A DNA stretch of 64,000 nucleotides, from assembly GCA_002269645.1 (NCBI GenBank), contig NIVC01004015.1, positions 1-64,000 on the forward strand, in the 5' to 3' direction. The translations under genes and the position numbers were made by a program. The stretch comes from Macrostomum lignano (taxonomy: Eukaryota). Shown here piece by piece: positions 10,300 to 25,200 of this stretch (positions are counted from its first letter, which is position 1; the number at the start of each line of letters is the position of its first letter). The notes below the pieces were generated by a model, which made no database searches, was not told the DNA's origin, and saw only the letters and a list, made by a program, of their open reading frames with translations.

Positions 10300-13200
10300 T
10301 CAGTCTCCATTGTACACGATTTTCTCTTGATTGGCTTTGATTGCTTTAGCCTGCTGCTCTTCTAGTCGAATTCCGGCCGTGCAGATGTAGAGTTCCAGCT
10401 CGTCCAGCTTCCCGTCCAGCACCATCAGATGCTGCTGTCCATCTGAGGTTTCTGCAGAGTTGGTTTATAATTTAGATGTAATTTAGATGTCTCACTTAAA
10501 ATTGATAACAATATAGTTGAGATGGTCGAATGATCAAACCAATCCGGGAACTGCTGTCTGCCAGGTTCTGGCTTGCGTTCTGGGCGTATTTTGTGAGCCT
10601 TTAGGAAATTCCTGAGTTAATTCCTAGCTTGATTATTTCAATTTTGTTGCCTTAGAACAGGGGTCAGCAAACTCAAGAGTCAAATAGAGAGTCTAACGCA
10701 TTACTGCGGCTCAGAGGAGGGGAGAGAAGAGGAGAGACTGGAGAGAAGGGGGAAGAGAGAGATCTGAGAAGTGACACAAACATTGAACGGGCCGGATTGA
10801 CTGTAAAGTTTCAAAGGACCCGAAGACCGGATAGAGAGGCTTTGCTGACCCAAGCCTTGGAAGAAAACTGTACGACATCATTGACAATCAGTATCCATAT
10901 GAAATCTGTTAAGATAAATAATCCCTACAATTAAGATCCCGGGATCATGTACATGTAGAGGTGTTCGTTGTCAATTTACCTTGCATATAGTTGAACCTGG
11001 TATCGATGTGATGCAGCTTATTGGCGGCCTCCTTGCAGCCAAACAGCGATCTTATACAGGAAACCGCATAGTCCACGATCTCATATTCGTTAGAGACGTT
11101 GGCCCAGTCGGCCTTGACAGCCGAGAAGCTCTCCAGGATGATGGTGAGGAAGAAGTTAATGAGGATGAAAGAGACGAACAACATGTAGAAGAAGAAGAAT
11201 ATCATGCCGAGGTTTCCACCGCCAACGATGAAGGTTGTGAAGTCGAATTTGTCTGCAAAATATTGTGGCGCATAATGAAGATACCGGAAAATATAGTGTA
11301 CCTAATATACGCATATACATGTAGAGGCCAACTGTTCGCTACTATAATATATATTAAACAATATGCACATGCACATCTAGCATTTTTGTAGTGAATCTCC
11401 CATATGTGTCCTTCCACTGGTGCACATTGGCAGGAATGCTAATTCGAAGAGCCCCTGTCTCTCGGTGGGCGCCCTTCTTTTTTGGGCGCCCCTATCACTT
11501 GGTTAGCACCTCTTTCTCTCGGTGGGCGCCCCTTTCTCTTTGTGGGCACCCATGTCTCTTAGTAGGTGTCTCTGTCTCTCGGTGGGCGCCCTGTCTCTTG
11601 TTGGGCGCCTCTGTCTTTTTGGGGCAACCGCTAACTCTTGGTAGGCACCCCTGTCTCTCGGTGGGCGCCCCCTTCTCTTTGTGGGCACCCATGTCTCTTG
11701 GTAGGTGTCCCTGTCTCTTAATGGGCAATAAATTCCATCAAAATGCAATCTCTCGATACAATAAAATTCGTACTGGTGGTAAATATGCTTATAGTGCTTC
11801 TCTGTTTTCGCAATATGTTTGGCCTCGGTCAGTAAACACTAGACACTGATATATATATAAGAAATACCTATCATCCCTGACAATTCTTTTACTTAGATCT
11901 TAGGTTCCATTTAGGAGCTAGGAGCATTTCAATCAGTCCCGTGACGCATAAAACCTCATGTTTTTTATCGGTTGCCAATGCCCTATATGCGAGCTAGTTA
12001 AATCTCGTATTCTCGAACACATTTTCGGATTCGTCCTTTATAGTTCTTCCTTGATTTTCCTGCTGGGAGCATGCATGCCTTAAACGCATACCTGTTTGAT
12101 ATAAACAAGTTATAAAGCACCAACTCACTCAGAGTCATAACGCCCAACGTCTCCACAGTGGCAATCGGAGTCTTGAAGCTTTCCACATTGCAGAAGAACA
12201 TTAAGTAACCCATCTGCACAAATGCAAAAAACATGATGCCAAACACGACGCCAAAGTGCAGCAGAGGCTTCACCGCCTTCTGCAGCACGCAGCCCAGCAT
12301 GCGCATCTTTCGGTTGAACGTTAACAAGCGGAGGAATCTAATCGTGAAGATGAACACGATCAGGCCCATGAACAGCTGGTTCATCTGGAAATCAGTTGAA
12401 AAAAAGACAAGGAAAGTAGCTTCAGTTTCATTTCTATTGCTGTGCTGCGATGGCGTCTCCAATGAAATTTGCTATCAAACGAAAGATCACACTCACCTGC
12501 TGCCAAAGTATCAGCCACTGAAAGTTGACAAACTTATTCGGATACGTTCTGAGCAGGTACGAGACAGCCTTCTGGGCGACAATTCTCGTGGCAAACAGGC
12601 CGATTTCGGCGCAGCAGACAAGAAGCAAAACAAAATCCATGACGTTGAATGCGTCCTGTAAGTTTTTGTTGAAGTAGAATTACAGAAACGCATGCAGAGG
12701 CGCTGAACATATACTGTAGGGAAGCAGAATGTTCCTACCTGAAAGTAGCTGCACTTTTTCTTATGCAACGCTCGGATTTCTTTCACCAAGAAAACAACAA
12801 TGAAGATTAGCGAGACAATGTCCAAGGCGAGGTACAGCATCCCGTTGGCGCCGACGTATCGATCCATTCGCAGCGTGAAAATCATCGGGTCGGGCAAGAA
12901 TGAGCCACCGTTGTGGAACTCTAGCAGCAGCTCGCAGAATGTGAACAGATTGGTGTTTGGATTGTACAGAAGCATCTCAACGAATACGCCCCTCGTGTAA
13001 ACGTCTAGCCAACCTTCTTTGGCCAGTTTCGTTACTTTTGACCGAGCTTCGTAACGATTGCGGCCTAGCGAGGCTACATAGCCGCCGCCTGAGTAAGTTG
13101 CGATGGTGCCGCCAACCGGTGTGCCGTACATCTCCATAGCGTCGGTGTAGGTCCACTCGGGTTGGACTGGCGCTGGAATAGTACAGCTTGTATTCAGGTT

Positions 13201-16200
13201 TTTTTCGCTAAAAAACTACACCCAGTAGCATGTTAAAGTTTCCAACTCAAAATCAGTGGTTTACGCTCGTACTTTTCTCGGAGCTCAGCAGCCCAAGTGA
13301 TGCGATTCACGCCACGCCCGCAGTTCTTGTCTCAACTGTGGGTAATCTACTTAGCAAACCTCTATTGCTCACGCTAGTGCGGAGAGAGTGGAGAGTTATG
13401 GCTAGAGCTGCATTGAAGCTGCCACTCTCAGTTGTCAGGCCTTATGAACTGGGTTCATAGAAACTTAACCATGTTGCTGAATGTAACACTGTCACGGACT
13501 CGACTACAGCAACCTTCCGATTCTGATTGTTGTCGGTAACCTTTAGATTTACATGAAAGCTTCACCTGAACTGGCTCTATCTTTCGTCCAGACATTCACT
13601 TTAGAATCCATAATACTCTGAGAAGGTTTGGTATGTCTACTGTAAAAGTGTTGCGATTGAATGTGGAGAGAACTTTTGGGGCTACATTGAGCTGGCTTTA
13701 ATGATGTATCTACGATCTTTAAAACAGAATTATCATTATTGGCACAATAAAAATACCAATCTTCCTTAGGGTTAATGACCTATAAAACTAATCACTGACA
13801 AACTACAGACAGTTGTCATTTGGCAAACTTACTGGTTGAATTTGCCAGCAGCCAGCCAGGTGCAAAGGACCTCTCATCGTCGCTCCACATGCTGTACTCA
13901 GGGCGGCACTCGCTAATAATGTTGGCAAAGTACGAAGAAATTTTGCAGCTGTCAACAGCCTTCTTGATTCGCAGCTGTCTGAGTTGCGCCATCCGAACCA
14001 GCATGAGGTTCGGATCCGAGGTCCAGTTCAAGCCAATTTGATTGCAGAATTCCCCATTGTAGCAGGCAATCGGATAGGCAGTTGGGATCACAGTGTTGTT
14101 TAGGTAGTCCCACAATGAGTCACGACGTATAGCTGAAGACATCGTTTTGGCCTGATGCGTCTCATTTTGAACGTAGATACCCTTGGTCAGCATGTTTTTC
14201 ACATAATTGTTCTGCAGATACGATCGGTAATCCTGACTAGTGTAGGCAGCCATCATGAGTACTACGAGAAACAGAATGTAGAAAACGATGTCCTTCAAGA
14301 TGTCGTTCATGTTGTTCTCACGGATTCTGGATGGTGATGTTAAAATAGACTGTAGTAGAAACTGTACATTAGTTCAAAAATATTTGTGCAAACTTAAAAA
14401 GTTACAACGGTGAAATGGTGATAGAATTTCTCTTACCGCTGCTCCCGCAACTCCCTCAGCACGTGCTCATCAGGCGGCGGAGGCGCCCGCTTCGACTTCA
14501 GGAACATCTCCCTCTTGCTGGGGTCGGTCAGGTCCTTGATGCTCAGCCGCTCGTGCACTGGCGGGAGGCCCGCAGCGACCATCTCCTTCGTCACCTCGTC
14601 CTCGTCCTCGTCGATCTTCTTCACCAGCAGAGCGTAGGCGGCGGCGATCACCACGATCTTCACCGGCTGAATCAGCACGATCGACTGCAGCAAAGTGACA
14701 AGCATCGAGGCGAGCCACTCGGACGTCTTGGCCTCGCCGAGAACTCCGCCGAACTCCACCATCAGATAGGTGCACGCGGCCACGCTGAGAAACGACAGGA
14801 TGTAGCCGATGATGTAGGACCACCAAGGCAGAGGCCACACGCGGCGCACGGCTGGGCGGATTCGAGCCAGGACTTTTGACTTGAGCGACTTTCCGGCGGC
14901 TTCTTCGGTGGCGACAGACGGTTCGCCAATGGCATACTTTTCACCATCCCCAGCGCCGCTCTCTTCGTCAGGTGTGACCGGCCCGCGTGGCTTCACCTTT
15001 GAGGCCTTCTTCGGCTTGTTGCGTCTGTTTTTGAACAGCACAACAATGAGCACGTTAATCGGCAGGATGATCAGCGAGGACACAGTTGCCAGGTAGATGC
15101 TGTGAGCAGTGAGCTTTATCGGGCCGAACTCGATGAGTTGCGGACTCTCGACATGTTTTGACTGTCCGTAGAACATAAGGTTGACCATCATGGTGCTCAT
15201 GACCAACACCAAGCAGGCTGTGGCTCGCTGGACTCTCGTGAACTTGCTCCTGGGAGACCTGGTCACCACCGAGAGCCACAGGTGGCCGTCGTTGAGGTTC
15301 TTCTGCGCCTTGCTCCAGAAGACGACTTCGAACTTCCTGACCTCCTCCATTCCGGACACGGGCAAAATCCTGTCCACCTGAAATTGGCACACTGATGTTG
15401 CGTCTCTGCTCCAGTGCAATGTCTACTCAATAAAATGCTTAGCTTACCATTCCGTCATCCTCGTCAAATGCGAACCAACGATTGCAGATAAAGAAGTACT
15501 TGTCTCCTGTCTGCAAATCTTCAACCAGCAATCGATTGAAGTACCACTTGGGATCTGAGCCGGCGTTGTCGTGCCAAATCCTGGCATGGGTGAGACGGCC
15601 GAGGTAGCTCGGAGTCGTCATGAAGAACGAGTCTACGCAGCCAGTTTGCAGAACGGGTCTCTTAGGATCAAGGACCGGCCGAGCCTCACTCTCCGAGTCC
15701 TCGCCGATCAAAGAGAATGACACCTGGGCGGTCGTGCCGGCGTGTCGTCTGGCGCCCGTCCAGAAAGTCAACTCATACCTGAGAATTTTAAACAATTATT
15801 GAATGTTTTAAAATTGCATAAGGTTTTGATAACTTCAAGCTTTCATAAGATCAGTCGGAGAGTCAAGCCTGTCCGTAAAGAAGAAGATAATAATTACTTA
15901 CCTGAATTCGTCTGCCGGATGATTGTCTGGCAACGGCGTGACGCCAACCTTCTTCATGTCGTCCTTGTCTTTTCTGCGAACCCAAACAACAATGATTAGG
16001 TAGAAACAGACCAGTGCCAGGACCACGCTCAGTGCGATCGGGTTGCTGTCCAGCTTCAGCCAGCCCGAGTCGGAAGGATTAAACGCCAACGGTGGCACGT
16101 AGAATGAAGACATAAACGAAGTCATGTGGCTGCTGAAGCATTGCGTTTCAGTTGGCGTACTGCACTGACCGACCTGAAAAAAAACATTTTCAACACGTAT

Positions 16201-19200
16201 TTATAATTTGAGGGGTTATTGAAGAACTAAACAAAGTTTATTCTGAAACGTTTTCATACATGAACGCCTATATTGCTAAACTGAGAAGAATTCGTGTCAA
16301 AATAATAACAGCCAGCCGTAAACGCTGTGCTCTTGAAGTCCATGCTTAGGTACTGATACTCTGGTATCTTGGAATTTTCGCTGTTGCCACTGCTGCTGTC
16401 ACCATCTATAGTTTTCACGGATGGCTTTCCGTCAACGTCCAGTTTAATTGCTCGAATGCCGAAGTGGACGGTTTTTTCGACCTCGCGGCTGTAATTATAG
16501 TAAATAATATTCGCTTTGTATTGAAGTTATAATTATTAAAAGACATATAAGCATAAAAACACGTGCGTATTGAGATCGTCCACTGAAAGGTAGCAAGTCC
16601 ACAAGTCAGGCTGATATGAATTCGACTTCTCGCAATTGTCTGTTGAATCCAAGTCGCTGTTTGGACTGCACCAAGTCGAGTTGCACATACAATTGGTCAG
16701 CTTATAGTCCGGTCCAGCTGGTACTGACGTCCCATTATAGTCAGTCAAGGGAGAGCAGAACCAACCCAATGTGCTGTTCCTACAGTTGCACGGCTCCTGT
16801 CTAAACTCGGAGCCCGAACTCGAGTCGGAGGCGTTAGAAGGTGCACTACACATAGTCGTTGCTGGCAGCGGCAGCTGGCACAGCCGGTCATAGGAGCTAT
16901 CAGTAGGTGGCTCTCCCGCTTTAAAGTACACTAGGAAGCCGTAGTTCAATAGGTTCGTGGCCGTAGTTTCGTTGCGAGCGGTGGCGTCGGTCGAGTTCAG
17001 ATATTGCTCAACTTTCACGAACAAGGCATTGCTGGTCTCCACTAGTACTTTCTGAGTTTGCAGAGTGACAGACTTGTCTGCTGTCTGTCCGTAAGTGCTG
17101 GGAAGTGTCTCATTGTCCGCCATTATGTTAGTGAGCCGCATTTCAATCCAAGAAGATGAACCGAGATCACTGATGTCATATTCCCCATTTGTAGAGGAGG
17201 ACATGGTAATGGAGTAAGTGCTCGAGCTCATGTTTCCACCGCCTTTGGCCGATGCGAACAAGTTTGACTTGCTTTTGATGACCTGGAGATTTAAAAAGGC
17301 CTCGTGCAGTAGATGCCATGCTAAAATTACTTAAAGTAAGAAACGAAAGAGTCTTACTTTCGTCAGCGCTGACTGGGAGGGAACCGTTGTGTTAGGATTT
17401 CTCGGATCCGGTTCCACTAAGAGGCTGCTTCCGTAGCTATCTTTGAAATCGCCGAGCTTGAAGTTGTCACATCCTGTTGAACCGCTGGCCTTGAGTTTTG
17501 CTGGAAGTTTAAAAAAGTAATAACTATGGTCTGTGTAATAGTTAAAAAGAATTTAAGCATTAAAAGTAAACAATGAATAGTTTTTAGCGTACCATTATTC
17601 AGTTTGCTTGGCTGCCGTTTCACGACCACAATGCTGATGTTGGGAGTTGAAATATGCGTCTCCCGTTCATCCGTGACCATTTTGTTAGCCAAAGAATCGG
17701 CAGCGGTAATGTAATTGCCTAGCTGCTTGTTTCCAAGTTTTAGTTTGTTTGACGACTTGTCTTGGTTTCCTGCTCCGTTTTGCTCTGCGTTGTTAAGTGA
17801 CGAGGTAATACTTTCGGAGGATGTAACTAGCCGATTCACGCTAGCGAGAACTTCGTGGTACGACACGCCGCGCTGCTGCGAGATTTCAAGCAGATTTTTT
17901 GCCATATTTTTTGCCGTTTCAGCAACTACGTCAAGTGAATCCTCGTCAAGTTCACCCTCAGTAATTGTGCTGAGCATTTTCGACTGGAATTCGAGGTCTC
18001 TCAGTCGATTGTCTGTCGTGGTGTTGCTATCAGAGGCGTTAACGCACTTTGATATCAGATTAACAACTTTGCGCTTGAATAGAATCATCTCTTGAACCTG
18101 AGCAGGTGTATCCACTGTTACAGTGCTAAGGGAGTTAATGGCTGGGAACGCAGCCTTACCCATTTCACGAGAGTTTCCTCCGTAAGCGGAGCCTTCAATT
18201 CTGTTGTAGATGTTTCCATTGCTGAGCTCGTCAATGCTCATTTGTCGCTCCTTGACTCGCAGCAAGGTGGAGATATTATAGAAAGATGAAGCCATCGCTG
18301 CGTCAAACACCTCAATGCAGATAGTAATCATGTAGTCACGCTTCTGAGCGCCGCTAGGTAGCATTGTAGCCTGGCTTAGTTTGCATTCATTTGCACCTGA
18401 CAAGATAGCGGTATTCAGTAAATAAGATGACGTATTGAGCTATTTACTAATAGCGAAAATGCACTGCTCACCTATTTCAATCGGAATGCAGTCATCCGGT
18501 CCGCTTGGGTTCTCCAGCTGGCTGTAACCAATGTTGTACTTTAGTGAGCCGTCGCTATCCGTGGCGCCGTCGCACGTAAGCTGAAATCTCGTATTCAAAG
18601 CTTCGCCAACGGTAGGAAAGGCTCGAACAGAGAGCAGGCTTACGTCTGGAGCAGTGTTGATCATCAAGTACAGCAGTTTGAAGCCATAGTTAGTTGGTGA
18701 TCCATCGCGGTAGGACTTCACCCTGAGTATGTAGATGCCGTTCGATGCACGCGGCAGACAGCCGACTCCATCGATGGCAAGTCCCGGAGAGAAAATGCCT
18801 AAAATATCAGAATATTTGTTTTAATCTGAGTAAACTATTTTAAGCCTTTTAAAGAAACTTTTCAACTTCTGTGGCAAACTTTACCTGTACTTGCACAGTT
18901 TTGGCCATCTAAAATTAAATATAGAAAGCATATATTAATTTTTGTGCTATTCCACGAAAATGCAATTGATTGATAGATAGCTATTTGATAAGTACTTTTA
19001 TGTCCAATACAATAAAAGATGATTACCAATGATGCTCCAGTCCGGACCCATTTCATCCATGTCTAGCTGGGCCAGCACTGAACTCTGCGACAGATCGTAC
19101 GGACAAGATGTAACTGGCTTTTTTAAATTAGAAATCTGCCAGCGATAATGAAATCTCACGCCCGGAATGTAATTGTCAATCGATGTTTGAAATTTTATCG

Positions 19201-22200
19201 GAATGTTTGGGTTGATGTTGATGGCTTCATCTTCGCAGGCTCTTCCGTTTATCTTCGGGTTCTTAATGACGCCCCTGTGGCAATTGCTGATGCATCTAAA
19301 ATTACAAAGGCACACCGGAAAATCAGACAATGTCATTGTTAATTAAGTAATGCAAGAAGCAAGCTTACATGTCAGTTATAATTGGTGGCATTCCAAGAGT
19401 AAATGTAGCGACTACATTTGTGATCTGCGGTTCCAACAATGGATCGTTTTTATCCCGCACAACAACATAAATTCTGTGGCTTTGCTTCTCAAATGTTGTC
19501 AGAGTGTTCAAAATGAGACTGGAATCAGATCTTTTACCAGACATATAGTACAAGTAACGGTACAATTTTTTGTTTATGGCGTCATCTTTCCATTTTTTGA
19601 AACTCGGAATGTCATAAACATAATCCATTTTTCCTGCTCCACCCGAATAGTTCCAATCACCTTTAATTATCCGAGAAAGATGATGTCTAGTCTTCAGAGG
19701 ATCCAATGAGAAACACGTTAGGTTATGTACCACTTCACCATCCATGTTTGTCTTGTTGCAGACATTCTTCGGCTGGTTCGCAAAACTGTACGAGGCGTCG
19801 GGACCAAAGATGAGTTCTCCCTCGCACTCGCGGTTGCAGTAGTACTCAAAGTCCCAGTCACTGAACTCTCCAGCCAAAGCGAACTTGTTCGGATTGACGC
19901 TGCAGCTCGCGTCGAACTCCACCTCGAAGCCGAACTTGCTCTGCGCAGGGCTGCTCAGCTTGTACCACCTCGAGAGCTCTTGGTCATACACTCTGTAGTT
20001 GAGACATGGTCGCAGAGGCGCCTTGTAGATGTAAACATCAATCGAGTCGGTTGTGTTCAGGGCGGGCTCTTCGACCATCGTGGCCTGTACAGTGATCCTG
20101 TACACTGTATGGATGTTGAATGCATAAGGAAACACAGTGAAAGTCTTGAGTTGGTTGTTCGATCCTTGGTACATCACTCCAGATATCATCGTATCGTCCA
20201 GAGAAACATAGTTTACATGACTTGGGTAGTTCTGATGGAACTGCTTCAGCTGTGGTACGAAGTCTTGCCATGAATTGGTGCCGTTATTGTATCTCTCGAT
20301 TTTCCACTTCACTTCGACACTGTTATTGTAGCAGTTGACACTGAGGTAGGGGTTAAAGACGAGCAGTTGTTCTCTTGAAAACCGCGGATCCGGCATCGAG
20401 TACGAGAGATTGAGCTTCGGCTTTGAGCACGGCCCCTTCGAAACTACCATGTAGAAGGAGGTCTCCTGCATGGAGTACTTGTTGTATCCCTGCAAGCGAA
20501 CAACCTTTTGGTCAAAATACGTAAAGTTTTTTATGAAAAGAACAACTGTAGACACAGGAGGACTCGCCAGCGACTCTTGGTAGAGCCTGTTGTACTCTTG
20601 CGAAAGTTGGTTGTCCCAGTACATGCTGCCATATAGAGAGCTCACTGGAGACAGAGTTTGGCATGCGGTGGCACTGCCAAACATGTGAGCGCTCTGATTG
20701 GCTACAACTTTGTCACCAAAGGCGCTAAAGTCCACAACAAAGCAAGCTTCTGCAGGAAGTGTTCCCAGATCGATGAACACTTCGTATGGCTGCATCATCG
20801 ATGCTGTGATTTCTGCTCCAATCTCGAGCTTATCCACTGGTCTGTAGACACTGATGTTTACTGACGCGAAAGCAGTGCTGTACGCATGGGAAACATTGAC
20901 TTTGATAAGATAGCTTCCTTCTTTTGCATACTGATGGCTGACTGAGTTAGTGCTGGATTCAGTGCTGATTCCGTCACCGAAGTCCCAGGAATACTTTAAA
21001 CCGGGACCGCTACCGAACTGCATTGTGGCAGTGAAGGTCACAGGCCTGTTTCTCGGGAAATACCGTTGCGAAACCCACGCGGACATTCTGGGATCGGCAG
21101 CAACATCGGGGTGAGGCACAGCGGCCACTTTAGGTCCCACAATCAATGCAAAAATGGAGATGTTGTGTGTGATTTCCTGGAGTCCGATGGGTTTTGCGAC
21201 TCTGACGGTGGCAGTAAAGTCTCCCGTCCAGCTGTATGTCTGAGGTGGAAACAGGTAACAGAAGATCAGACTGGGTTCGATGCTTGAGCAGGTAGTGTTT
21301 TGAACTGATGTTCCCGTATTACAAGTTGTTAGTCTAGTGGGTCCAGTCACACCACTCGAATCGCCCTTGTCGATGGTCACATCACCCAAGTACAGATTCG
21401 GCTGTGATGTGTAGTTTGTGCTAGCACACAGAATGAAGTTCGGATCCGTGATATTTGATGAGCTCATGTTGATGAGTCCAAGTTTTAGAGCCGAGATCGC
21501 AAATCCGAACGGTACCAACAAAATTTCGACCGTTGTTCCTTCAAGTGTGATAGTCTCCGAGCTCACTTTGTTGGTTACTCGGGCGGTGACGGTGAAGTTA
21601 GCAGAAGTCAAGTAAGTGTGATTGACTAGCACCGAGTGTTGTCGACCCTCAATGGTCATGTTCGCGACATTCCCATCTCCGAAGAAGACCTCGAGCTCAT
21701 AATCGGAGCCCCAAGTAACGGAAAATTGGAAGCTCATGACTTGGTCTGTGAGTCCCACGCGAGCAAAGGCAAGCAGCTTCGGATTCTGTATTTGTTCCTG
21801 CACAGTCACGCGACACTGAAAGCTGAAGTTGGAAACTCGATTCCACAGAGTTCCATAAATGTCATATTCTCCGTAGTCAAAGCTTCGAGCTTCGGAATGC
21901 GTTGGATCAGACTGGGTCCACGTGAACTGAGTTGAGACGTTTGCGACATTGATGACATAGTAGTCGAGGTGAACGTTGCTTGGAATAAAGTTTGCATCTC
22001 CAGTGTAGTTAAAATTGAAGCTTGTACCTGCACCCGTAGCATTTGGAAACAAAGGCAGGAACCTATTGCAATCTACAGTGGCGTTGTTTTGGTTCAGAGG
22101 GTGCTCGATTTGGATGATGACCTGAAACGAGATTATAATTAAGCTTTATGTTATGCATTGATCTGGAATGCATTAATTTTTTACTTACGGATGGCAGTTC

Positions 22201-25200
22201 CTGCGTAGTGATATAGTTCGATGCGGTACATCGGACAGCAAAGCTGCCATCGATGTTGTACACGTGACTGAAGCTCTTGCTGCCGCTGTGCAATATTGGC
22301 TCACCATCGGAGAAGTTGCAGGCGTATGTTGGTCTACTGCCCGCATGAGCTTGAACTTGAAAATTAATCGGAACTCGAGATTGGGCTGAAGTGAAGTTTT
22401 GGTGTCGGTTTTTTATTTATCAAGTATTTTTTAGGTTTAAATTCATAATACGAGTCGTATTTCGTGGCCTCTTACACAACAGCGTGCTCGCAACAATAAC
22501 TGCTCCGGACACAGGAATCTGAACAGTGACTGTCTTGGCAATTAATTGGTTGCTATTTCCTACATTTAGCTGGATTGTATAGTTTTGATCCAATGAGCAG
22601 ATCGATTCATTGGAGCAGAAGCTATCGTTGTACACCGTGGACAGGATCATCCGGCTTTGCCTGTAGCCAAACAGTTGTACGGCCAGGTCTCCGCCCGGAC
22701 TAGCTGTCGGAGAGATCGTTAAGACTCCGCCAGAGTCAACATTATTCAAAATATCGTTTGTTGGCCCAGCCTTTTCAGAGAGTCCGATAGTCGAGTCTTG
22801 GATGCCGACAATGTCTCCGGGTAGAACCTCGAGGCGATTTGAGCCGTTCAGATTTACTAAGTTGAGTCCTGGAGTAGCTGTGATCGCGACGCTGTTCACC
22901 AGTACATAGGTTCCGGCAAAGAGGGGTGAAACACTTCGGGTCACCTGTCCGGTTGTGAGGTTTACGCACGCCCTGTTAACTAAACTCCATTTGCTTCCGC
23001 TTCCGCAAGCGCTGGCTCGGACGGTACCGTTGCACTTTGAAGCCAGCGGAATGCAGGCGTTGCTGTAGTAGCAGTACTTTGTCACGTTGGAACACATTGG
23101 TCGATATTGAATCACCTGGAAAATTAAAGATAATGATATATAAAATTAATATAGATGCGCATTTGCTCTTACGTGATGTATTCTATTTAATGTTAAATTT
23201 ACTCTGCTCTTTTTTATATATACAAAATAAGCAATTTTTTACCGTCCACTCAATTATCTATATACTACTTATAGGTACAGTTTTCTTGTGCTTTTGCGTT
23301 ACGCACACTTTGCTTTCCAAAAATTTTGCATGCATGCCGCACCATTTTTCATATCGTTTCGCACATCCTTTAAAATTTTTACTATTGCGCTTGTAAACAA
23401 AATTCAAAAGAGGCTCGTGTCCCTATCTTTGGGTCCCATAGCTGTTGTGTCAATCTAGCAATTCGTTTTATTATGGTGACTACTCACATTAATTTGAAAA
23501 CTGGATCCCGAGAACGTGTGAAACTGAACCTGGGTGACTGTGGTTGGCTGCTTAAAGTCGAATTCGCGAAGCAAAACAACCGGTGAACTCGAATTGGCAG
23601 TTCTTGTCCTGAGGGTGCCGTTGCCTTCGTATTCTTGCAGGCTGAGCTTACGAAATGTTCGGGCCATGGGTTCTAGGAAATTTTAAGAATAAAAACATGG
23701 AATTTTATGTTTGAGTTATGCGAGTTCTACCCAAAGTTTTCTGGGTTTTTTTAATAAAGTTCCTAAAAAGTTCTGGAAATTGTTATTGAAAACAATAACT
23801 TTAGTAAATTGCAAAAACAAATGATTTTAAACATATTTTTCGTCAAAAAACTTTATCGATAAATATTTTAATAGACTTTTATTCACTACGTTAATTTAAA
23901 AAGGTATTAACTTTTGTTTTACCAAAGTAGACACCTTTACTAGGACTAAGAAATCTTCTTCGTCCTATTTTATTGATTGACTTTCACGATAGCAGCTAGC
24001 ACATATTAGTTGATATTTGTTGCAAGAAAACTCAAGAAAACGCCAAATGTGCCGCTATAACAAATAATTTTTATGACGCAAATTTGTCTTGCCGTTAATA
24101 TAAAAAGGGGCAGTTCGTTAGCGTACAATAAATGAAAACTCTTAGCGCCTGTTTAATGGATCATTGCCAAACACTGTCATTAAAATATAAATATTGAAGG
24201 AAGCCAATAAGAATGCATCTTACCAATAAAATTTTCCAATGTTTTAATCTCGCCGTTGCCGAAGTCAACTAGCACGGATTGATTAGTGCCAAGGTTGATG
24301 CTGGCAACAACTTCCACCTGGGTGCGGATCGGCACAGCCTTGTACACGTTGCCGCGGTAGTCAATTTCGAGTTGCACTCCCTCGAGTCGCTGGTAGGTTT
24401 GCACTACTCTAGTTTTGTGCAGCTGGGCTACGCTGGAGCTGGTCACAGCGTGAAGCACGTACCTGCCGCCTAAATGGGCAGTGACAGTCAAGAGCAAACG
24501 GTAGTTTACACTGTCAATTGGCGAATTTCATTACTTTACATAAATTTTTATTTACGCAACTTTGCTCAAAAACTTGGCCATTTGACTGCTAGTTGTCATG
24601 GTAAATCATAGATATACGGAACAGCAGTATCCATGGTATTTCAAAAAGTGGTTATGCACACAAATCGTTAAATCAAGAGTTTGACAGCCTTAATTTAAAT
24701 CCTAGATCTTTACTGGGGACCACCTGGGAAAGGCTTGTACCCTCTCTGTGCCTTGAGGGTTGGTCCTCATTGGTGTGAATCAATGTCAATGTATTGGTAC
24801 TTCAGGCTTCATTATGGTGATTCATGACAAATCTGCGCCTATCTGATTCCCATTAGTTAACAAATAATTTATTTACTTTCTCATTATTGTGCTCTGCATG
24901 TCTTTCAGTCTTTTCTCTTAAATTGCACTACCCAACCAAGGCAGTCAGTCAGTATGCGTGTGTACTAACGGGCTCACCTGAGAAGGTTGGCCTAGCTAGA
25001 ATCCCAGAAAAATTGGCTGGCACAGGTTGCTCAAGTAGCACAGAGCCTGTAGCGGCTCCAGTGGCCAGGAACGGATCCTGGTCGACAATTCTTCCGAATA
25101 CGCCGCTAACATCGGAGCCGATGGAGGCCGCCATGATGTCCTGGACGGCTTGCTCGCTGTTTGGACCAGTCGGTGCTGTTTAAAACAAATGTACAAATCC

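Noticed and set aside
10981-22969. Numerous plus-strand ORFs overlapping PKD1-like exons
   Set aside because: Antisense shadows of GC-rich coding exons, with no independent homology or gene structure.
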